A stretch of DNA of 63,614 bases, counting the filler, from Welwitschia mirabilis (taxonomy: Eukaryota), in the NCBI GenBank assembly GCA_051453625.1. It is 4 parts of one record of this genome, joined end to end, with 100 filler letters (N's around TTAATTAATTAA, not from the genome) between each part and the next. Parts side by side here need not be neighbours in the genome. Positions count along the whole stretch, not along the records: positions 27,272 to 45,147 come from JBOZIK010000001.1; 3 more parts are not named here. One strand, 5' to 3'. Under the pieces are notes generated by a model. It searched no databases, was not told the origin of the DNA, and worked only from the letters and a program-made list of their open reading frames with translations. This document shows positions 28,691 to 41,223 of this stretch, one piece after another; position 1 is the stretch's first letter, and every line of letters starts with the position of its first letter. The position numbers and the translations under genes were made by a program.

Positions 28691-29489
28691 TTTTTTAATT
28701 TACATATTTAGCCTTTTCTATAATAGAGAATTCTTTTCATTGTCGTCATACCATTTTAATAGTGAGAAAGCAATCTCCAGACTTTAATCCTTTTCCACTA
28801 GAATATTAGAATACTCCATGTATTTAGAGTTTCGAAATCTATCATAACTTTTTTTAACGATTTAAATACGACATTGTTAATAAAATTGGTTGTATCTAAA
28901 TAGAAGATAATATTATTTGTACTTACGAAATTAAACATGTAGGGTACTTGATGCGGACCTTGATAGTATTTCCACCAAAAAAAGAAGGAAAATGTTGAAT
29001 TCTTATTGTAAGCAAGTGGTAAAGATTTTTACTAAAGAATCATGTATCAATTTCATATCATTTTGTTCACCAAAAATGTTAGGAAAAGATAATTTTTTAT
29101 GAAGGATGAAAAGTTGCTAAGGATTTATTGAAGTTTTCTTTAAAGCAAAGCAGTCCTATTAAAAAATAATATCATAATAATAAGGTAGCTAAACTGTCTT
29201 AGAATAATTAAAAAGATGAATAATGTTATGCATAGGAGTTTCAAAAATGCTGTTAACAATATAAAATAACTTCAATCTATAAATGAAGACAACTTCTTGC
29301 TAGTAGTTAAAAGTCAAAACAGGATGAGAATGATTTTAATGTCAAGCTTCAATCTAAGCAAATCCCAAGTAACAAATTAAAATAATCCTTTTGCTATTTT
29401 GAATTTTTATAGCCTAGAAAAAACCTTGGAGGTTTGATATAGTACATATGTTACTTTTAATATTCATAATAAGGAAGACACAAGCATAG

Positions 29490-32400
29490 GAATATCCTCC
29501 CCCTCTTTAGAATGAGTATTCTTTCTTGGAGTATTTTTGGATTTTTAGTTTGCCTCTAGTGTAGACATTATTTCAACTTTATGCATACTTAGCATACATA
29601 CTTATATTTTTATTTTTTCTCTAAAAGATTAGAATTCAAGTTGCAATCTGAAAACTTGACATTCATTATCTAAACAAAATTATAGATCATTAGTCTAATG
29701 GGTCTTGTAAAATCCTTTAAGCTTCATTCTTATGACTTCCATACAATGAATTGTTATGACAAGTATCTCCCCTTAAAATTTGATGAACTCTACTTGATGT
29801 ATTTTATTTTAGTTAATATAAAAAACTATTGTTATATTTTTGACTATGTAATCACTTTTTAGAATACTTAATAAACAAATTAATCCTTATAATTTCTTCA
29901 CAAACACAAATAAGCATGAGTAAGTTAATGTGTTACCTTATCCTATCTTTTTTTATATGCCCTTAGGTGACTCATAGTTAACTCTCATAATTTATTCCTT
30001 AAGAAAATATAAGTTTTTTTCTTTTTTACGTCTAGTTCTTTTTATAAAGACTATAGCATGAATATTCTACAAGCAGAGAGTATTAGCTATTCTATTTCTT
30101 TGCTTTAACAATGTGCCCACTTATATAACCTCATTTTATAACCTTGTTTTGTATCTTTTATATTTTAATGTTTAGTGCACTTAAAGATTCCTATGTTTCC
30201 TATAATATAAGGTTTTAATTTTTAGTAATTAATATTTTATTTATTTGGAAATCATTAGATAGGTGAGTTTCTAGACATGTGTTATTGTATTATTGCATAA
30301 GTAAGATATATGATCTTATATCATAATGATATATACATGTGAATGTGCAAGACAGACATGGAGAATTTGAATCATGATGTTTACATGTGTAATATAATTC
30401 ACATAAAGGAGACATAAGTTGGCAAAATATAATTCTAAAGCCTAAGTTTATCTACCATTATAAAAAAGATAAATGTGGAACTTAAGTTTTTTTTTATTTA
30501 ATTCCTTAGACATATGTACGAAATGTTATAAAAGGTTTTAAAATAAGAACAATTGAGCTTTTATATAATTTCTTGATTCATTTATTTATTTTATATATAC
30601 TTATGAATAAATTATATTGTTAAAAAGACAACACCATGCTTTTGATAGCTATATGTGTTTTCTATTACATTGCCAATATTAATGTTAATCTTATGAATAG
30701 AGTCTTATTATATTTAAAGAATCTATTAATTCTTTTTCTTTTAATCCTTTACAAACTAGGAATTTGTAAGTCCCATTTGTAAATATTTGGATGATAATAT
30801 ATTAAGGTCATGAATTTGACACAAAGTTAGTATCTTTACTAAAGTTAGTACCACCAACTTGGAATTCTTTGGTTTTCAAGTTTTTATTATATTGTTTAAT
30901 CCATGTCTTATTAGTATGCCTAGAAAAGTGTTAATTTCATTAATTGTCTTTGATTAAGAAGTTCTAGATAGACTTACATGATTTTTGTTCTTTTCATTAG
31001 ATCTTTGATTAGAGGGTATCTAAAAATGGTTTCTTTAATGTTAAAATTTGAACTTGTATGTGAGTTGGTGTGGTCATTTCCCCAATTTTTTTAAAAAACA
31101 GTTATAGATATTGAAATAAATATGATATTTTATCATGTTAATAACTCTTCTTTTTTCTAAATATTTTTAAGATATTCATTTATTTTTTGTTTATTGATTT
31201 CACTTATTCATTATATTATGGATACTTAAGTGTTGAGAAAAATTAAGTAATGTTAAATGTCACATAGAATCATCTCATTTACTTATTTTCTGTTAGACTT
31301 ATTAATTTTTTCAACTATCTTCTACAGAATCCTAAATTTGTGATTATGTTTATCAAAATAAAACTATTAAACTTTGTCAATTGCATTCTTTTTAATGAAA
31401 TTCCTTTAACGATTATTGTAAAGTATTTTATTATCATTATTAGGAGTACGTGACCACTTAGATAGGGCACAAAAATTTCTCCCATGATGTACAATGTCCA
31501 TTTTTAGAAACATCAATAAATTTCTATGGTGTATAAATTCTTGAAAAAAATGAAAGAGTGATACATGAGTTGATCATTGGATGTAATTTTTTACAAGGTA
31601 TTGAATTATTAAAAAAATTTTCATTTTTTTCTCATTTCTCTTAAGTTTGGGTTCTTAAGAAGAGTGAAAAAAGAAACTCTAGTGATTTTCTCAAATTTTT
31701 CTTTTTTTCAAGGATCAAGTACAAATTAAAAACAATAATAGTATGATCAATAATAGAAGGGAAAAAGTTAGTCAAGTCTTAATTTTAAACCATTTTATTC
31801 ACAAGTTTTTTCAAAAAAACCCAAGGTGATTTTAAGAGATTTTCTTAAAGTCATAATGTAAATAACATTATTAAAAAGATAAAACATTCATTAAAAAGGA
31901 TTTTTATATGTAAAATTTATCTTAAGAATAAAGTGTACTTTTTATAAAAATGCTTTTCAAATAAAAAATATGAGAAACAAATATAGGATTTGTAAGGGCA
32001 TGTCTTTTAAAAGATGAAGGTTCTGTAGGTCTTTTGCAATAATTTTTAAAATTAGACAATTAGTTTGATAATAACATCCATCATATTTTTATTTATTTAT
32101 TTTAGTAGTTGATCTTTGCCCCCATGTAATTCACATAGATGAATAATTAGATCTAACTTAGAGAGTTAATTATCCTAAAGAGCTTATTAATATTCTTGTA
32201 GTTGACTCTTGCTTTATTACTAAAAAAATAGAGCAATGGCCTCACATCTTTTCTACCAAATAGGCTAATATCACATACTCTCATATTTCAAATAAATTAG
32301 AAGATATCTTCTATTTTTTTCTCTTTATGTAATAATTACTATTACCTTTATATTTAACCTTAATTATTTATTTAGTCTAAGATATTTTTAAAAGTCATAT

Positions 32401-33900
32401 GAATTACTTTTTAAGGTTCTAGATATCTTTGCAATCTTTAGAAATCGAACTTAGATAAAATTCAAAAGAAGGTAGAAAAATATAAATATTTAAAATCTTC
32501 ACTTGTAGGAAAATTGGTAATATCTAAATATATGCTAGATTTACTCATAATTATTATTCTTCTTGTTGGGCTCCTTCATAATAAGCTTACAAGAGGTATA
32601 GGTTATTTCAAGAAGTTATATAAGATTTGCATCTAATAATAAGTAAGAATTTTCTAAGATGATCTAGATTATTTATTGTTCTCTAGAAAATATAGGTGGA
32701 GTAGGATTCATATATTATTTTAATTAGGCTTAAGCTTCATGTAGGAAATGGAATGGATTTTTCAAGAAGTGAATAAATTTAATTTAATTACTTTTTTTAA
32801 AAAATTTAAATAGATTAGGTAATGTATTTTTTAAACATTTATCTATTTAGAAAGGTATTAAGCCTATGAATTAGATTACCTTCCTACATAAAATTAAAAT
32901 AGGAGGCATTCATTTTTTTTTAAAGCATTTGAAAGACCTAGAAATCCATTTATCATCTTATAAGTTAATAAGATATTACACTTTCTTCATCAACGCTTTA
33001 AGAAAAATATTATTTCTCTAATATGTTTTCACTTTCAAGGCTAGTGGATATGAACAGAATGTCAAACATTATATTACTCATCCACAATAATGTGCATTTC
33101 TTATTTCAAGTTAGAGGACTTTTTAAAACATAATCTTTAACTAATTAATAATGGTAAATATAGGTTGGATTCTCTCAAGTGGACAAACAATTCACATTTA
33201 TTAGCTCTCAACTTTAAAAAATATTATAATATTCTTTAGTCTGCTTACATTCTTGTTTCTTAGTATAATTATTGATGAAGTGTAAATGATTTTAGACATT
33301 GGAAATTGTTTTTCATTCAATGTAGAAAATTTCGGCTCTTTGCAAAGCAAAAAAAATTATTTAATATCTGTTTTATCAAAGGATCCTTTTAAGACTTACT
33401 TTACTTTATTTTGGGATTTGCTTCAGAATTTTACCCCTTGTGTAGGTTTAAAAAGGATCTTTTTCATATTCTTATAAATAGAAATATGTAAGTTCTATTT
33501 GATTATGGTTGTTTAAAGATTTATAACATTATAAACAATTAGAAAAATATTTGCTTAGTGATGCACCTAATATAACTCCTATTTAGCTTATTTTAATGGA
33601 AATGCATTTTTTAAATTATTTTATTTCAAATGTGAAACCATCATAGTGATTGCTTTTCTTAAAATAGATGTTCATATAGATTTATATCATGCTTAGGAGA
33701 CTTACATTATTTATCATATTATTTTTTAAATTAGATAAAAAATAGAGAAGGTCGATTTGGAGATCAATTATCTCTTATAATTTTTGATGCACTTGTTTAT
33801 AAGTCTATAGTTTTATTTAGGAATCCATCTCTTCATCCATGCTCTAGTGCATGTAACCATCATGAATTACTTCTTTTTATTTTTCCCATTGATTCTTTTC
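29490..33900 (-). mobile_element. Extremely decayed chromovirus (CRM-like) gypsy relic
   Basis: Minus-strand motifs in correct order: gag-like (~33800), GLSNA RT (~32930), VCDIS..RPLLYF..NY RH (~32230), CELHGG (~32125), IPCKK...FFQEF INT (~31570), and PPT AAGAGGGGGAGGAT (~29494-29507). May be more than one element. Confidence 0.5.
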
Positions 33901-34276
33901 ATATACTATTATGTAAGACTGTTGAGGATTTTATTTCTTGTCCTTCTTTTCTAAGTTGAAAATTTTTTTCATATTGTATGAATATTTGACTTTGTTAATA
34001 TTAATCCAAAATATTTTATTTGAGGTTCAACACCCCCTATAATAAACATAAAATTAATAAATAAATAGATAAAGTAAATGTTATTTTATATTTTAGTACT
34101 TATAATAGAATAAACTTCAGCATGATTTGTAAAAATTTAAAAACTTTATGATTGTTGTCAATTCTACTAGTTACACTAAATTAGATCTTTTTGTAATATA
34201 ATTCTTCTGTATGTTATGGGCTATATTTAATTGTATTATAATACTTATTTTATTAAACATATATCTACCTCCCAAT

Positions 34277-34348
34277 GTAGTGGTAGTTTAACTGGTGAGA
34301 CACTTATGCTTCACATAGAAGGTTATGGATTTGAATCTTTAGATGCCC
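34277..34348 (+). pseudogene. tRNA-like sequence (tRNA pseudogene or SINE head)
   Basis: A-box-like TAGTTTAACTGG (34284-34295) and decayed B-box GGATTTGAATC (34327-34337) at tRNA spacing. Stems pair poorly. Confidence 0.4.
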
Positions 34349-35286
34349 TACTTAGTCTATGATGAGGTCATGGGAATAACTAAATTATTTTTTTAGGTGA
34401 TTGTGATGGTTGTAGTTTAAGAAAAGATATAATCATTACAAGATTTGAGTTTTACACATCCACCTCAAAAGTGATATCTTCTTACATTGAATTCGTTATT
34501 ATAAATAAATTAGAATTTTTTATGTTTATAAAATATAATATTAACCTTTTAATTAAATTTTTTAAGATAGATGTTCTGGAAAAAATATTAATAATATTTA
34601 CTAGATGAACATGATCAAATATCAAATAAATTTTACTTACACTTGTGATTAATATTTACATGGATTTGTAATTTTATTTTTAAAATAAACATGAAATAAA
34701 TTATATAAACTTTGATTACAAGTACATCCTTGTATATTTTTTAATACTTTTTAATTAATACAACCTCTTCATATAAACCTGTTTTATCAAAACTATAGCA
34801 TACAAATATGTATCCATGAAAGCCTATTGTAAATATAAAAGGTTCATCCTTAAATTAATCTAAGTAGAGAATTTTCCTAATGTTTATAAGCTTTAATACT
34901 AATGCATTTATTTTATGACATATGTTCATGCATTTGCATTAAAAAATAGATGGACAAAAATAAGAGTAAAAAATTCCCAAAATAAAGTTTTGATTTCTTC
35001 ATTTTACTCCATTATTCCTTCACATTATGTATTATTATCAAAAAATTCTCTTTTAAAGGTAAGAACACCATCAGAATTTTACTGTGGTTTACATGTTTTC
35101 CTAAGTATATAACTATTGTTTACATACAAAACTAAGTAATTTCCCCCTCAACATGGGAATATGATCTCTTTTAAGGGAAGACCAGGATACCCAAATGAAA
35201 ACCTTAAAAATGAGGCCTATAATAAAACCTCTTTAAAGGAGTTGTGGTGTGGGGAAGCTACTTCATTAAATAACTAGACAATCTAC

Positions 35287-35413
35287 TACTTTACATCTTA
35301 TAGCAGATAGAACTATCATGTTCATTACACATCTTATCGTGCTAGGCCAAAACATCTACTACACATCCCATAGAACTAGGTTAAAATTGTACTACACATC
35401 TTATAGTACTAGG
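35287..35413. repeat. Degenerate minisatellite, ~33-37-bp period, 4 copies
   Basis: Core ACTACACATCTTATAG...CTAGG at ~35287, 35324, 35358 and 35391. Confidence 0.7.
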
Positions 35414-36069
35414 ACCAATAGTAACTTTAAATAAAGAATCACAAGCAAAATAAATATTATAATGTATAAGAGAAAAAATGAGTTTAAATCAACTAATTGT
35501 CAATTCAATTTTGGATTCAAAATGCTAAAAATTCCCTATACCAGGTACTTTCATTTTAGTATTAGTTATTGATTCTAAGGTTGAATGCTGCAATGGTGTA
35601 AAATGTTCATGTTGTATAAGTTTCTTAATTTTGATTCTTCTTTCATGTGTGAGACCTACTAATTGTGTAGAATGACGTCTTTAAAATAATTTTTTCTATC
35701 ATGAAAGGTTAAGTGAAGCTTATCATCATCATCATCATGAAATGTATGTAAGCGATGTCTAGTTCTACTTTTACTTTTCTCATCATCATGAACATCTTGG
35801 AGAGTAAACTATAAGTAAGTACTTTAATATCTTATCCAGGTAATATTACCTTTCTTAGTTAGAGGACTTTCTAAATTACTACTAGAACTGTGATTAAGCA
35901 TGATAGGAGCAAAAAATTGATCAATTTCTATAGCTTACAAAGTAGACATACTAATAGAAGAAACTAAAGTATTATTGGTAGCCGCATATTTTCCCTCAAC
36001 CATATGACATTGAGCATTTAAGATGGTCACTAGATCAAAGAAAGGATAAAGCTTCAAAACATTAAACTA

Positions 36070-36190
36070 AGAATCATTGTTTGAAGTCTTTATGTAGATG
36101 ATATTATGAGAAGCAATGATCTTATGATGTTATAAGAGATACACTCGATAATCCTTCTAGTCAATTCGATGTTCCATAAAGATGTTGATA
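36070..36190 (+). pseudogene. Ty1/copia RT fragment
   Basis: LYVDDIMRSNDLMML, then SSQFD.. and KD (YVDD at 36091). Confidence 0.55.
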
Positions 36191-36836
36191 TAAGCATGTG
36201 ATTCAAATTTTTCATGATGTTTTCTTACAATATTGATGTAGCACTTACAACCAAAAACACAAATATGATTCAACTTTGGCTTGTATACATACCACTTTTT
36301 AACTAGGGATACTTCCTTTTTGGTGTATTAGCTAATACAATAATTGAAATGTACTATTGTGTTTACTACTGCATTCCAAATATAGGTCTTAAAATTATTA
36401 AGATATAACATGGAATTTACCATTGACAAAATGGCATTTTGTTATGGTATTCTTAGGTATGTCTTCAAATATTAAATTCCCTTGGAAGTAAGAAAGTTTT
36501 TAAAATTAGCAGATGTATTCTAATTATCATTATCTAAGTAAAACTTTTAATTTGATAGTTGGCTTGGATTTCTACTTTAGTTTTAAACTTCTTAAAAATA
36601 TCTAAATTTTGTAATTTGAATTTGATAAGGTATATCCAAGATGTTCAAAAATAGCCATCAGTAAAGGATATAAAGCAACAAAATCCATGGAGAGTGTAAA
36701 CTCGCATAGATCCATATATATCACTATGAATAAATAAAATATTTTGATTAACATTCCATTTTCTTATTGAAAACCATTACCTGATTGCTTTACCCATAAT
36801 ACATGCTTCATATTCAAGATAATCCCATGGAATGGA

Positions 36837-38314
36837 AGTTTCAGTATCAAATTATATGTATTTGATATGGTATTTTAAGTAGTTTTATAGGACATTAGAT
36901 AAGCTTATGCTGAGTTTTAATGTTAATGAAGAGCTAAGGCAAATTTCCTGAAAACATGCCATCTTCATTACATTTGATAGCATTTGAAGTAGTTTACAAT
37001 ACTTTCTATATGAAAAAATAGTCATGCAATCAAAGAGGCTAATGTGACATAAGAAATACTTTATGAAAACTTATCATCTACCTCATCATCTCGATGATTA
37101 TATAGATGATAGAAATACTAAGGCTAATGAGGATGCTTACTAAATCAATCTAGTAGCTAATGTAAATCTTATATGATATGGCATCATCTCTTATGATGTA
37201 TAGATAACTAGAAGGATGATACATGAAATAAATTCTTCATCAAACTTTACTAAACTCTAGCCATATGACTTAAATCTTCTTGCACTATTGTTAGGGTTGT
37301 TAATATGTTTGTTTTTATTTTCTGATTTTGGAGTTGGTTTTGTAATAAATACCTCCTTCATGCTTAACTCCATTTTTATCTTCTTTGATACCAAAACTTC
37401 TTGTGATATAAGATCTATTCATTATTGTTGTAGAGAGATGTCTTTCTTGGTATTAAGCTATAGATCTAATATTGAGGTGCCACTGCTTTGTAACATGAAT
37501 GTATGGTTTGATTTAATCAAAACTCTATTTTTCCTTTTATATCTTTTGTTATGTGCATATCCCTTATGGTTTATGTTGCTTTTGATTTTGTGACAGCTTC
37601 TTTGGTGATATNNNNNNNNNNNNNNNNNNNNNNNNNNNNNNNNNNNNNNNNNNNNNNNNNNNNNNNNNNNNNNNNNNNNNNNNNNNNNNNNNNNNNNNNN
37701 NNNNNNNNNNNTTTGTAACATGAATGTCTGGTTTGATTTAATCAAAACTCTATTTTTCCTTTTATATCTTTTGTTATGTGCATCTCCCTTATGGTTTATG
37801 TTGTTTTTGATTTTGTAATAGCTTATTTTGTGATATAGATCATGATGGTAACCTTTATTAAGGTTGACATTATTATTTTAGGTGGATTGCATTTTATTTC
37901 ATAAATTAACTTTGTATTGTTTTCATATTTTGTTTAACATACTCATAGCTTAGGTTGGTCTTAGCTCAGTGATAGCTTTTCTTGATTGATCTAAATTATA
38001 TAGGACTTATTTCTATAATAGGTTGATTTGGTAATTAGATAAAAGTTACATTTAAAATAGGAGTTGCATTTCATTTGCATAGTATATACATTTGCATTAC
38101 TATATTTGCATTATTATTTTGTTCTACATTAAGGTTACATAGTGTTTTATTTTTTAAATTAATTCTCTTTCTTCTCACCTATGCCTTTGGTAAAATTACA
38201 ACATTTAAGTCATTCCTATCAATATTAGTGTGTTGTGTTATGTAAAATCTATATATTTTTAATTTATAGGATTTATTTAAGGATGTAATGTTTATACAAA
38301 TATGTACCATAACA
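36837..38314 (+). repeat. 5' LTR of element #4 (inflated by a gap and a ~125-bp duplicated flank)
   Basis: Start resembles the LTR start at 5070. 3' part aligns to 17220-17666. Confidence 0.75.
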
Positions 38315-39760
38315 TCTTAGCACCATTGTAGAGAAGACTGCTTGGAGTTTAAAGGTTATCACTACTTAGATAAGTGCTTTAGATTTAGGTTTAGGTATTT
38401 GTCTATAGTAGCATTATATTCTCAGAGAATTTTGAAATAAATGTCATGTCATCCCCCTTATCGTTTAAATGACATGCATTGATGATGACATGTTTAACAT
38501 ACAGATTTTATTTTTCTTAAGAACTAAGATTTTCTTATCAACCCATCTTTTGTCTAGACAAATCAGTGGATGATTTTATATTTTTATTATATGTTATTTC
38601 ATGATTTTGTTTTTTCATGTTTTTCATTTTTGGTTCTTTGTGTCTGTTACCATCTAAGTACATCATCTAGACAACCATGGAGATGATGCTACAGAAATAG
38701 AACTGAGCATGTTAGGACATGATAAATTCTAGTAAAAAGGCAAAATATCAAAGAGAATAACTATTGATCAAAGAAAATATTTGAGAATATTTGATCAACT
38801 ATGAACTTAACCTAGATATAGACACCACAGGTACATAAAATATTTTAAGAGTTGAACAAGAAGATTTATTTTGATTTATTATTTTTAAATTTAATTTTTT
38901 AAAATAAATTTTTTCAAAAGATAGTTTAGAAGAAAATTATTTTATTACAATGTCAAATTTATCACAAAAACAAAAACAAATACTTCATCTAATCCCCTTA
39001 TTGTANNNNNNNNNNGAATAATTGCAAATAAGAAACATAAAATCCAATTCCCTTTTGACCTATCTCCTTGTGATAATGGTAAGTTAAGGAATTTAAACAC
39101 TTATCCTATTTTTAATGAAGAAAATAATGAAGATCCCCTTCAACATATAGCTGACATCAAAAAATTAGTACTTACTTTTAGAAATGGTAAAAAATGAATT
39201 AGTGATCATACTTACATGGTTATTTTTTTCATTACTTTAAAAGAAAAAGCTAAAGTATGGTTAAGAACTATTTCACATAAAAGTTTAAAAATATGAAACC
39301 AAGTTCAAAATGCATTTATAAGACGATTTATGGTGAAACAACCATAAGAAAAAGAAAGAAAGAAGTAAAGAATTTCCAACAATAACCTAATGAAGATTAC
39401 TTATAAGTAATTTTTCATTGCCATACATTTTAATCCTATAGATGCTTTCGCTCAAGAGGAATTAGTAGATTACTTTTATAGTGGATTTAATAGCCAAATA
39501 AAATAATTATATATTTTTCATGTAAAGGAAACTTAATGAATCTTGCTTTAGAAAATGCATGGAGATTATTAGAATAACTTGTAAAAGTAAGTCAAACTTG
39601 GCCTAAACTAATACCTAAAAAAATCATATAGTAGGTCAAATCATAAAAGACTTTAAAGAAGTTAAACAAGAAAAGGAGGAAGTAAAAATAATAAAAGAAC
39701 CAATAAATGTTATTAAGGATTTTACTACAACACTAGAAAAATACATTCAAATGATCTTAG

Positions 39761-41223
39761 TGATAGGATCGAAAACCCTGGGGGGAGGAGAGGTGAATAG
39801 GCTCTTTTAAAGAATTAACCAAATTCACGATATAATAAAAGCTTGCTAAAAATAACTTGCTAATAACATCATTCATATAGAGAAAAACTAAAAGTATTCA
39901 AAGTAATGAAACTGATAAANNNNNNNNNNNNNNNNNNNNNNNNNNNNNNNNNNNNNNNNNNNNNNNNNNNNNNNNNNNNNNNNNNNNNNNNNNNNNNNNN
40001 NNNNNNNNNNNAATCTGGATCTTTGTTACCTCTTTTAGCTATTAAAAGTTTACTTGTAAATTTTAAAAACGAACTTTTTAAGGCTTAGTATAAACCTTTG
40101 AAAGGACTTTTCCAGGCTTAGGCTCAACCTTTAAAGGAAGTAATGATAATGGTAAGAATGCCTTGATGTATAAATATCACTCGTTCTTTGGTACAATGAT
40201 TTCAATGGAGCTCTTCTTCTATAGATGATATCATAATGAAATGTAAGATTTAACCTTAAATGTATAGATACAACAAATAATAAAAATTCCATGATTAGGA
40301 GTACAAATGCCAAGATCCAATAATAAATATCAAAAGATTTTAGTCCTTTTATCAAGAGTCAAAAAGATCTTAAAAAAGGCTCTTTTGTCTTTTTTCTCTT
40401 GGCTATTTATATTGGAAGGATTTTAGAGTTTATTATATTTGAAAATGTGCTTCCAATGGCTATAAATGACTAAAAAATAACTGTCTAATGGATACATAAT
40501 AGATATAAAATTTTAGTTCCATTCTGACCAGTTGAGCCCTCAAAAGTCTAGTTGACCCATCTGATGTTATGACTTACACAGGTCGCCTGAGTGAAGTTTT
40601 TGATTGCCTTAGTTTCTTATAATTTTATGTTTGGTTGACCCATCAGGGCCCAGCCAACTCTCATGCGGTCACTCGTAATTCTGTCCAGTCACTAGCTAGT
40701 CCTGATAAAAGATAATTCTAATTTTCTACATCAAGTCCAGTCAACCCCTTCAGGTGTTAGATCGACCCCATGATAATCAGCTCAGGGATATTCACTACAT
40801 TGTGCTCAGATCCAATCATTCCCTTTAAATAGTTAATTCCTTAACAATTAGTTTAGAAGTACTATTCTCAAGTACATAGATTCAGTGACTCCATCATAGG
40901 TGTGGTCAACCCTTTATCATTTAGTTCAAGGACATTGACTCTTAAGATCACAAGTCTAGTTGATCCCATTAGAAATCAGGTTGATCCCTTTGAATTCAGT
41001 TCAATTTTTTCAAGTGTCTGATCTAGGTGCGGTTGATCCCTTGAAAGTCCGGTTAATCCCTCAAGAGGGTAAATCAACTTGATATGTTTCTAGTGATCAG
41101 ATTTTAACATTCATGGCTTCAGCATCTAACCTGTAAGTGATTAACATATTCTGCACAAGATACACAAAATTTACTACATAGAAAACATTAGTTTAACATC
41201 AATTGAAAAAACATAATCTAATA
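39761..41223 (-). mobile_element. Sirevirus-like copia solo LTR inserted in gag of element #4
   Basis: Perfect TSD CTTAG (39756-39760 and 41224-41228). Host gag resumes in register with element #3. Minus-strand end CCTATTCACCTCTCCTCCCCCC...GATCCTATCA is Sirevirus-like. TATA-like motif at ~40403-40412. Confidence 0.85.

Noticed and set aside
31450..31560. MULE-associated OTU-like motif (FIDVSKNGHC) on the minus strand
   Set aside because: Another frame fits gypsy integrase, in the right order with the neighbouring RH and RT motifs.
37487..37836. ~125-bp direct repeat flanking a 100-N gap
   Set aside because: This is the typical pattern of unmerged overlapping contig ends (allelic or paralogous LTR reads). 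It is not accepted as a real tandem repeat.
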